Source: Octopus sinensis
Lineage: Eukaryota
Assembly: GCF_006345805.1 (NCBI RefSeq)
Contig: NC_043009.1
Coordinates: 930,001-994,000 of the forward strand
Length of the DNA stretch: 64,000 nt
Direction of reading: 5' to 3'
Below, piece after piece: positions 38,601 through 50,600 of this stretch; positions within the stretch are counted from its first letter, which is position 1, and each line of letters begins with the position of its first letter. Both the position numbers and the translations under genes were made by a program. Under the pieces are notes generated by a model. It did no database searches. It worked only from the letters and a program-made list of their open reading frames with translations, and was not told the origin of the DNA.

Positions 38601-41600
38601 TCTCCACAGCAGTTTACTTCAAACACACTGACTTTCACTCCTAACCTGACTTTTCTTCATATCTGACTCCAAATTTACCACATCCTACTTACAATTCCTC
38701 CATCTCAAAATCAAGCAGATGAACCATTTCTTTCCATTTAACATGGTTGTCCTCAACATGTCATCAACCCCCCCCTTCCATCAAAGCCCAATCTATCAGC
38801 AGCCATACTGCTGTTCTCACTCTATGCTCTCATCCCCCCACCTTCCCTTCCCTATTTACTTTGACTCCACCTCACCCCACTCCCCACAACTCAGCTACTT
38901 CAATACATCTTCTTTAGTAACTTCTGCCTTACAATCCCCTTACTTCTATCTTTCCCAGAGTTTTCACTCCTCTCCTTCAAAAGGGATAAAAGTTCAGTGT
39001 GACATTCTAGTCAATATTTCCCACACCCAATCCAGCAAGAGATCAAGAATAAATGTACAGAATGTAGACAAGTTGTCTGAGAGACAAAGCAACAATTAAA
39101 TAAGCTTAAATATACCTGTTCTTTGAAGCTACTTTTTTCTTCTTCCGTCGTGGGTTTCACAACGTAATTAGTTTTCCTACAACACAAAAAGGAAAATCAA
39201 GACATTTTCTCAACAGGTAAAAAAAAAAGTGGTGGTGGCTACAACTTAGTAAATGGTGGATATTTTTAGATTGACTTTTTCTTTTATATTTTTTCATGTC
39301 AATAGGGAAGTGATTAAACTGTCCAATTTAGTTGTATTATGGAATTAGTACAGCAATTCTTTTTTTAATGCCAACACCACAACCATTAAATGGAAATGCT
39401 ATCTATTCTCAATAGAGCTGCATGCAATGAGCAGGGCAATATATTTTTTACCTTTTACTTGTTTCAGTCATTGGATTGCAGCCATGCTGGAGCACTGCCT
39501 TGGAGAGTTTAGTTGAACAAATTGACCCGAGTATTTATTTTTAAGCCTGATGGTATCTTTTGCCAAACCACTGATAAACTAATGGCTGTTATTAATAAAC
39601 TAACTGGCTTATTGGCCGTTGTTTATAAACTAATAAACAAATTACCGTTATAAGTAGCAACAAAGTAAACTGGAAAAACAAAACAAATGAAAAACAACTC
39701 TAAAACAGAAATAAAGTAAAGCTACATCAATACTTACACTCTGGGAGGAGGGGTTGTTCCTTGATTATTTTCGGGATTTTCATTTAATTTTCCATCTTTC
39801 TTCTGCAACCAAAACTTACACAATTGACCAAGCTCATCATCAGCGTCTCGACCATTGCCGATCCACCGCCATTGCTGAGCTCTTTCTTTATAGTCAATCA
39901 ATGGAATAAAATTATCGATTTGGAAGCCTGAAATCAATACAGGATGCACTCTATACAATTTATTACAGATTTTGCAATCATTTCTTGACCCTTTAACATT
40001 TAAAACAGCTATATCCGGCCAAAATATTTTGTTTGTTTTATATTCAAACTGGCCAAATACAGTCTCTCACACCTACCTTACAATGTCATACTAAAAGTAA
40101 ACAACCCCATAATTGAAACCTCAAAACTATGAGATAATGCACGATTAATTCAAAACAATATGAATACATAAGCAGTACATTTGACAGAATAATCTGAATG
40201 CTAAAAGGTTAAAGGTTGTATGAGTGGAAAAATTAGGCAGTTTTTGTAAGAAAAAAAAATTATATGATTCTATATTTGTGAGATGAGGAATTTATATTAT
40301 GTACATTGTGTACATTAGTCAAACTGATGTCCTCATCTTGGCTGTTACTTTTATACTACATTTCGGCTGTTGTATGCTCCAGCCTTCTTCAGGTGTCTTG
40401 AGACTCACTTTAGTGCCTTGCTTGGGACTGAACTCAGAACCTCATTTCAGAAATATAGAATTGTATTACACTGTGTAACAAATTTTTTATTTATTTATTT
40501 TATCTTTGGTCATTAAGTGTTATTTCCTATTTGCTTCAATCTAGAAATCAAAGGAAATGACTACTGTTCCCTTCAAACTTTACTTTTGTGATCAGGACAC
40601 CAAGGTTTTGAAACTGACCAATTTTCCACTTCATTTTAGTTGTTACTGCCTTCCTTGAGGATTTGTTGTTTATTACATTATTTTCTTTTTCTTTTAATCA
40701 TTGAATTTAATTTTATTAAACTATCAGCTGGATTTGATTGGATTACCCATTTTCAGTCTACTGCAGGACAAAGGCCTCAGTATGCCCTCTCCACCAACCA
40801 CAATCTGATGTGGAGGCCATGAATTTGAGTTCAAGATCATACTGGTTTGATGAGCTTACTCTGCCACACTGGTTCAACATGGCTTGGCAGAGGGATGCAG
40901 TTTTTATACTCATACTCGGGAGTAGATAAGTCGATTACATTGACCCCAGTACTCAACTGGTATTTATTTTGGTATTATTATTATTATTTAGGTCACTGCC
41001 TGGAATTGAACTCGGAATCCTGGGGCCAGCAGCCCGCACTCTTAACCACGTGTATATGGCATAGTGGTTAAGAGTGCTGGCGACTAACTCCAAGATTCCA
41101 AGTTCGATTCCTGGAGGTGGAAGAGGGGGAGGGGAGGAGAGAGCGAGGAGGAGGAAGTTATATATTTTAGCAACATGGAAAGGATGAAAGGTAAAGTCAA
41201 TTTCAACAGAATTTGAACTCAAAATGTAAAACCAGACAAAAGGCTGGAATGCTAACGATTCTGGCAGCTTCTTGCCTTTAAACAACAAACTTCATTTCTA
41301 GATTTTAAAACGTCAATTAAACATACAAATGAAACAGCCACTTACCATAAACATCACCTGAAAGAAACTTTAGCGCAGACACAACATTTTCAACCCAGTT
41401 ATTCTGTAGACTTATCCACTGATTAAGAGAACTTGTCGGGGATTCTTGCCACTCTTTCACTTTATCATCTAACTGAAAAATTATAAAAATACATCAAATA
41501 AATTAGGTACCTGAAAAATTATTCATTTTTGTAAAAATCTTCATAGTTTAGAACATCCAGTGGTTCTTCACCATTTTCATCTATGGACCCTTTTGATTAC

Positions 41601-44600
41601 TGTTTTATTCTGGTGGACCCCCACAGCCATTCAATGTTCAAAACCTAGTTTTATAGAAACTTCTTTCAAAACCCCTATTTTGTTTTTCACTCATTAACTC
41701 ATGTACGTTGGACTACAGCTGTTTCTTGCAATGAATACATTTAAAGCAGAATTTTTCCATGAACCCTAAATAAACTACTATGGATCCTTAATTTACTATT
41801 TTGCTTGTATGGACTCCTCCAAAATCTTATATGGACCCCCAGTTAAGAATCACTGGTTTAGAAGAACTGGAGTAATTATCTTTTACCTTGCTTCAGTCAT
41901 TAGACTGTGGCCATGCTAAGGCACTGAACTGAAGAATTTTTAGTCAAAGGAATCGGCCCCAATACTTATCATTTTAAGCCGGGTACTTATTCTATCAGGC
42001 TCTTTAGCCGAACTGCTAAGTTGTGGGGACATAAAGTGGTTGGCATTCGGAAGGGCATCCAGCAGTAAAAATCATGCCAAAATTAATCTCGCCTGTGCTA
42101 GTGCCATGTAAAAAGCACTGAGTCCACTCAGCAGAGTGGCTGGGGTTATGGAGGGGATCTAGCCATAAAGAATCTTGCCAAAACAGACAGAGTAGTATAG
42201 GATGGTTTTCCTACCTGGCCAGCCCCTGTGAACCATCCTACCCATGCATGCACAGAAGATGGATGATGATGATGATGGTTAACACACCAACAATGACAAG
42301 TGGTGGTGGTGGTGGTGGGGAGACAAACACAGACACAAAGACACACACACAGAACAGTCTTCTTTCAGTTTCTATCTACCAAATTCATTCACAGGGTTAG
42401 CATATGCAGATTCACACAAAAATCTCATAGACACAAAGTTATTACTATGAAAAGACATTACATTGTAACTGAACCAACAGGGAAATTTCTATATGGTTGT
42501 TTGTAATCCTTGGTGAAACAACTCCAGTTGTCTCAACACAACACATTGCTTATTAAGTGTCATCCAATCAATGAACACAATTCTATCATGTGACGCTTTT
42601 CGCTCCCACATTATTTATTATTTAAGCCTACATGGATTCATCGAAGGGGACACTTTATTAATTCTACCAGGTGACATTAGGTAATCATCAACTCAGTGTT
42701 GCGGATTTACTCTTTTTGTCGTAGCATGCTTACTCGGCCACAGACAGTTCGCCATTTTGCATCATGCACAATTGCACCTGGGTTTGCAATTGTTGCAATG
42801 TTTGTTTTGTTCATTAATAAAGTTATGATCCAAGCACATATCACCATTCATCCTACATTATAACACTAGAAATAATAGTCAAATCTCCCTCAAATAAACA
42901 TCCAACATGTTTTAAAAGAGACAGTGACCGAGACCTTTGGTGACAGGCTGCGCTTGAGAAGACTTGTCAAGCAAAGTGAAATCGCAGTTGTGGTCAACGC
43001 TTGTTTCATGTAAGTGGCACATCAAAAGCAGCCGTTACACTCTTGGAGTGGTGTTGGGAAGAGTATACAGTCATAGAAACCATGTCAAATCAGATTGGAA
43101 CCTGGTGCAGCCATTCAGCTTACCAGTTTCAGTCAAACTATCCAACCCATGCCAGCATGGAAAGCAGACACTAAATGGTGATATTGAAAAGAGAGAGACA
43201 TCATGGACAGTGCAGCAGTTCATGGCTGGAACACTTTGTGCTGTTGGCCTACCTAATGAAGCCTGACTACACATTAAACAAAATCAACATTGAAGACATT
43301 TCTTGAAGAATCGACGCAACAACAACATTTATCAAATCAGCATCCATCAGCATCCAGGTCCTTTTTATAGGACCAGAAGGATAATCCATCATATTTCTGC
43401 AACACCTGTATTTTTCTGAGATATCTTTAGTTAGTCATCCAGACTGGAGTGTTTTTCAAATATTGTAATAAAAATTTTTTTTATATATTTAGTATCAGAT
43501 AAAGTTGTATAAAAAAAGATTTTTGGTAATAAATCAAATAAAAAAAAATTGGGCACTAATGGGTTAAGGAAACTATTTTAAAGAATGTTCAAGACACTTA
43601 CCTTTGCTGTGGTCACTTTGGCATCAGGAAATTCACAAATGAGATCTCTTAGCAGACTGAAAAAACTGTCATACTGACCAAATGGTAACTTGGGTGGTAG
43701 AGTCCTGAAAGACAACAGGTACCTTCTCGTCAGATATCTCAAAAACCAACAAAAGTGCAATGGTGAACAAGTAATTTTTCAAGATAGAAAATGGATATTA
43801 TAAGACTAATTCCGAGGTCAGCGAACTGGGGTAAAAATGAAATTCTTGGGGGTAATGAGGACTCATTAGACATAAGTAAAATTATATAAGAAACGTGTTC
43901 CTTGTTATGACAGAAATTTTTCTTCTGACATGAGGAGGCAGTCTTACAACAACCTACCTCTGCAAACAAGGATTCTCCACTGTAATGAACATAAAATGGA
44001 GGCGCAATGGCCTAGTGGTTAGGGCAGCGGACTTGCGGTCGGAGGATCGCGGTTTCGATTCCCAGACCGGGCGTTGTGTGTGTTTATTGAGCGAAAAAAA
44101 CACCTAAAAGCTCCACGAGGCTCCGGCAGGAGATGGTGATCCCTGCTGTACTCTTTCACCACTCTAAAGGCGGTGCTCCAGCATGGCCACAGTCAAATGA
44201 CTGAAACAAGTACAAAAAAAAATAAATAAATAAAAATAAAATAAAAACAAAGCAGAGTAAGCAATCGGACCCTGAAGACTGTGTCCAAATTGCTCTGGCA
44301 TCAAAACACCCCAATTCTGATGTAATTGCAACAAAAATGAAACATCATTTCCCCAAAACCTGAAGTTAAAAAGTTTCTAGAAAAATCCTTTGTTTCATAA
44401 TGAGGATATTTATTTATTTTATCGTATTTGTTTCTTAATTTTTATATTTATAATTGTATTCTCCATATAAATAGGTTCAATAAACCTTTTGAATTCAAAG
44501 AATCTATGATTTTCTTCCTTTCATATCAAAGGGGTAATGTTGGCATAAATAAATATATTTTGGGGTAATTGGTTAAACAAGTTCCCCGACCCCCTGCTCT

Positions 44601-47600
44601 ACTCTGTAACTGCCAGTAAATATCAATTTGCATCTTTCTACACACTAGAATTGGCTTGAACATTATTGTCTTAAATATAAGCTGAAACGAATGGGTATCA
44701 TGTAAATGGGTATCTCACCAGGTAAAATAATCAAAAATCTACTTACTCTTGAAGGGGAAATTCAGGAACAACACATTCTTCCTCCCTTGCAAGCAATTCT
44801 GGTATTTCGATTCCGCTGACATCTTCTTGGTTGGCAACACTGCTCTTCTTAGCAATGCTGTCGACACGGTTTGCTTTTAATTTCTTCAGTTTCTCACCCT
44901 TTTTCTTCACCTTCTTCATAATTGCTGGATTTGATGCTGTCTCTTCAGAAACAGCTGTGAAAGTTAAAAAGACAAAAAATATAAATATAAGGGGACTACA
45001 TACGAGGAATGCGAGATGGACTTCATTTCCAGGTGGAGCCCTTTCAATTACTCCATTTTCCCAATGTCCTTAGGGAAGGCAGAAACATCACTGTGTGTGT
45101 GTGCGTGCATGTGTGTGTTTAACATCCATTTTCCATACTGGCATGGGTTGGACAGCTTGACAGGAGCTGAAAAGCCAGAGGACTGCACCAAACTCCACTG
45201 TCTGTTTTGGCATGTTTTTTTTTTTACATATATGTGAATGTGTGCATGTGTATATATATATACATATATGTATTTCAGGAGCAAAGGCCCATCCTCAGAA
45301 AAAAGCAGTCCAAGAAATGTCTAGTTAAATCAATTTCATTACTATATATAAACTGCTCGGCACCTGGCTAAGCAGCAACTCTCCAACTGTTGGTTCTGAT
45401 GCATTTTCTCATGGTGGTGGTGGTGATGGAAAATGGTATTAGCGGCATGTGTTATGATGTTGGTCGTGGTCACCGTAATGTCTATGTAGGAGCCACCAGC
45501 CCATCTCCGACTGACTGTTATTTTACAGGTTAAGGGGAGGATCAATATAGCTTCCTTGATATGAAGATTTCCAAGGTCAGTATGGAGCCGTCTTTGTTTG
45601 GTGGTGTGGCTGCTGCATTTGGTTGAGTGTTTGCGAGAGGAAGGCGTGTCAGTAGTGAGATATTCCTTCATTCAGGCGTGGAATAGTCAGACTCTGCTAC
45701 TGATGTAACAGTTACTGCATATGAAGCATTGCATTCCTGAATGAAGAGCACCTCACTACCAACACAGCTTCCTTCCACAAATACATGACCAAATAATAGT
45801 AAGAGTAATGGGTAAAGACCCCAGAATTGCACCTACAAAGTTCTCTTCTGAGGAACAAGTCTGGGCAAAGTTGTTTCTATGGAAGACCGACTGTCGCCCA
45901 TGGCAACCAGTCTCCCCTCTCCACACCACCGATGTTATCCAAGGGAATGGCAAAGGGGCTGATACAGCTTGGCACCACTGACATTGCAACTCATTTCTAC
46001 AGCTGAGTGAACAGGAGCAACGTGAAATAAAGTGTCTTGCTCAAGAACACAACACACAGCCAGGTCTGGGAATCAAACTCACTACCTCATGATTGTGACC
46101 CAGACTCTCTGACCACTGAGCCATGCCCCTTCACATGATGGAGTTGATAGTTGTTATGGTAACAATGGTAAAATATCTTAGCAACAATCAGAGAAATAAA
46201 TAATTACAAATATATTTACCAGAAGGAGACTTTGGCGTTGGTTTTCTAACGGCCTGGCATCGAGCCAGAATGTCTGAGAGTGTGATTGAGCTGATGTCCA
46301 GTTCAGGTTGTTCCTTCAAAATGGAAAAGAAAATCATTTAGCAATAATAACAATCATCATTGTCATCATCATCATTTAACGTCTGTTTTTCCATGCTGAC
46401 ATAGGTTGGATGATTCGACAGGAGCTGGCCAACTGAAGAACTGCTTGGCTTCCATGTCTGTTTCAGTCGTCTGTTTCTACAGCTGGATGCCCTTCCTAAT
46501 AGCAACCACTTTACAAAGTGTACAGGGTGCTTTTGACGTGGCACTAACACAAGTGCCTTTATGTGACACCAGCACGGGCACAGGTGCCTTTACGTGGAAC
46601 TGACATGGGCGCATTTACATGGCATTAATACAGGTGCTTTTATGTGGTACAAGCATGGAGGATGCTTTTACATGGTGCCGGTACATAATATTACAATGTA
46701 CTTGCTGTCTTATTATAAGACACACCTCAAAACTTTGGTCGGCACTAGGCTGTAGTAGAAGACACTTGTCCTAAGTGCCATGCAATGGGACTGAACCTGA
46801 AACCATGTAGATTGAGAAACTAACTTCTTAACCACACAGCCAAGCCTGCACCTACAAGGCACATGTGTACCTAAAGGCATGGCCATCACAAATTATCACT
46901 TCTCTGGAAATTTTAATCACTATGCCTCATCTTGTTAAATAAAACATCAAACTATGATTCTTAGGATAATTCCACAATAAACTAAAATAACAATAATTTA
47001 GACACAGGTCAACAATATTGGAGGATGGGCATAAGTGGTTAAACTGACCAATGTACTTGACTGATAGCACTTTGTAACACAGTTTTTGCTCTTGGGTACC
47101 AACTGTTATTTCCTATTCGCTTTAACCCTAGAAAGGATGAAAAATGAATAATATTTCCCTCAAACTTTGCTTTTGTTACATTTATTCAAACCCCAAAGAA
47201 TCCCTCTCATGGCTACGATACTCCCCCACTACTCCTGCTCATCATCAAAGATGCACATATCGTCAGCCACTAGAGGACATGCTCAAGAGGTTATGGTCAA
47301 GCAACTGAGAAGCAAATCTGTGGTATTGGGCAGAAGATTTGGTATAACGATATTTCTGCTTCAGCAACTCAGCACTGAAACTGTCTGAAACGTAATGAAA
47401 AATGAGTCAGTTTCAAAACATTGATGTCCAGGTCACAAAAGCAAAGTTTGAAGGGAACAGTAGTCATTTCCTTTGATTTTTAGATTGAAGCAAATAGGAA
47501 ATAACACTGACCAAAGACAAAAAAAAAGAGAATAATAATAATTTTGTTACACAGTTTAATTTATTTTACTGACCCTGAAAAGATGTAACACAAAGATGAC

Positions 47601-50600
47601 TTTGATAGGATTTGAACCTGGAAGGTAAAGTGCCAGAACAAATACTGTGAGACATTTTTGTATGATACTCTAATGATTTTGCTAACCTATTTCCCCTTTG
47701 TCTTTCAGATTTTGTAGCAACATCACCACCATCACCATCATCATCGTCTTCATTGTTTAATGCTTATTTACCATGCTGGCATGGTTGGACAGTTTGACAA
47801 GAGAGCAGTGAACTGCAGGACTGCAACAAGCTCCAAAGTCAGTTTGGAATGGTTTCTATGGATATCTTTTACTTATTTCAGTCATTAGAATGTGGCCATG
47901 CTGGGGCACCACATTGAAGAATTTTTAGTCAAGTGAATCATCTGCGATACATATTTTTTTTTTAACCCCATGATAATGGTTGTTCATCAGGCAACTAGGC
48001 CTCACCAGCAGTAATTGTCTCCGTGAAGAACCAGAGGAATTAACTGTACAAGTACAAATTTGGATAGGAAGACATAGTGGAAATGTTGGTATAACTGCCA
48101 AAACCGCAGTCTTCATGCCATTATGGTGATGCCTCGAACAAAGTTGGAAATATTTACATGCAGAATCTAAGAAATCTATCAAATTCCATGAAGTTTGTAC
48201 AGTGGCTTTTATGGTCGATTCCATGAGTAATAGTGGTTATTTACACCAACCCTGTGGCAGACCATCCTAGATATTGGCACTTTATATCCTTTCTACTATA
48301 GGCACAAGGCTTGAAATTTGGTGGGAGGAGGCTAGTTGATTACATTGACCCCAGTACATGTCTGGTACTTACTTTATCGACCCCTGAAAGGATGAAAGGT
48401 AAAGTTGACCTCAGCAGAATTTGAACTTAGAACATACAGATGAAATACTGCTAAGCATTTTGCCCAGCGTGCTAACAATTCTGCCAGCTCACCATTTATT
48501 GGTACTTTATATCAGCCTTGCAAGGAAGGAAGGCAAAGTTGACTTTGGCAGGATTTGAACTCAGAGCACAGGAAACCAGAACAAAATACCATGAGACATT
48601 CTATCTGAAGCTCTCGTGATTCTATCAATTTCCTGCAACTTGCTAAATCTGTAAGAATGTCATTTTTAGAATACTTACCCCATTTTCTGTTTTCCGTCGT
48701 TTATAATCTCTTAACATAGCTTTATAATCTTCATCAGAAAATTCTATGGGGCTTAAAGGACGCCTGACCGTTTTTCTTTGACCATTGCTATCTTCTGTAA
48801 ACAATAAGGATAGAATAAAAATAAAATGGGTTTCATCATTGGGGGTTGGGTATATAGTTAGTCTAATCTGCAACAGCAAAGAATAAATTACGTTTTGTAC
48901 CAGTTTCTAAACTTAGTTTTAACTTCAGAAATTTAAAAATAGTCTAACATAATGGCATGGTTCAAACAATACTAAAACTTCATGATGGCAAGACCAGGGG
49001 GTGGAGCAATTGCCCCAATTTTTGATCACTCACTCTGCATCCTTTGCTTGCTCTTCCCTCTGGTTAGGTAACCATGTGTCTCCTTTACAGCAGCATACCT
49101 GTTTCTGTCCTCTCTTTCTGGATAACCATGTTTCTCTTCTTCAGCAGCACACCCGTTTCTACACTCATCCTTCATCAATCTCTCTCTCTCTCCTCCTCTT
49201 ACTATTTCCCTCAGCTAGGTAACCCATGTATCGCCTTTACAACAGCACACCTGTTTCTGCACTCCTTCTTGTAAACTCTCTCTCTCTTTCTCTCTGGCTG
49301 GGTAACCTTGTACCTCCTCTACAGCAAAACATTTGTTTCTGTCCATCTCTCTGTTACATTCTAACCTTTCATCATCTAGCACAAGGCCACCTCCTCCAAT
49401 GCCCCTTCCCCTTTCAAAGATTCTTTGTCCAGCAAAGTTACTTGGGTGCCACTTAAAAAGCATCCAGTACACAGTGTAAAGTGGTTGGTGTTTGGAAGGG
49501 CATCCAGCTGTAAAAACTATGCTAAAACTGAACTCGCTTGTGTTGGTGCCATGTAAAAAGCACTCAGTCCACTTTGCAGAGTGGTTGGTGTTAGGAAGGG
49601 CATCCAGCTGTAAAATCCCTGCTAAAACAGACACAGAAGTCTGGTGCAGTCTTCTGCTTGGCCAGATCTTATCAAACCGTCCCATCCATGCCAGCATGGA
49701 AGGAGGACGTTAAACGATGATGATGATGATGTATAGCTCTGGTTAAATGGCATTGGAAATTGAAAGATACCTCTCCGACTGGATAGGATGCAGTTCTATC
49801 ACTAATAACCCCAACTCCAATTTGTATGGTACAATACCGTTTCCAGCAGCTGCATAGGCAGGGCCATGGCTGTGTGGTAATATAATTTATTGTGTGACTG
49901 CAAGGTTACAAGTTCTGTCCTGATGAATGTTACCATGGGCAGATGTCTTCCACTATAGACTCAAGCTGTTTTTAATGCCTTTTGTGGGTGAAACTGATAG
50001 CTGGAAACGGTACGGATGTCTATCAGAGCTCCTCCCACCATTTCACCTCAACCCCGCCCACTTCACATTTCCTTTTCCCCCTCTCTCTCTTATTCCCAGT
50101 TTGTGATGTATGAAGTTCACATTGTCTTGCATTCCTCCTCAGTTGCAGCTTTTTTTGGGGTTTTTTTTGCAAACAAAGAGGACATAAACTCTGCCATCTT
50201 TCTTTTATTTCTGTCTTGTTAATTTTAGCCTGAAAAACAACTCTGCCTGAAAAGTTGACTACTTCTCTCCCCATGACAATTCCACTGTGCATTTTCCAAA
50301 TGAGACATGTTTTGTCAGTTGCAGACCAACGCCAGTCTCTTTGGATTCTGTCTCATCTGATGTATCAACTGAACTTAATGCTGTGAGCCGTCTCCTTTAC
50401 TACGCCTAATCTGAAACTCTTCAACCAGGATTTGTACTGCGCCTTGAAAAGGAGGGGGTGAGAGGAGAGAGGAAGACAAGGAAAAGATGGAAGTGAGGAT
50501 GAGGAAGGAAAGAAGAGGGAATGGGGGGGGAAGGTGGGGGAGGAGGAGAGGAAGTGGCAAGGCAAGAAGAGGTGAGGAGGAAAGGTGGGTGGAAGGATGG

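Noticed and set aside
43998-44075. Functional tRNA gene
   Set aside because: The acceptor and anticodon stems pair poorly, and the head continues into SINE body and tail.
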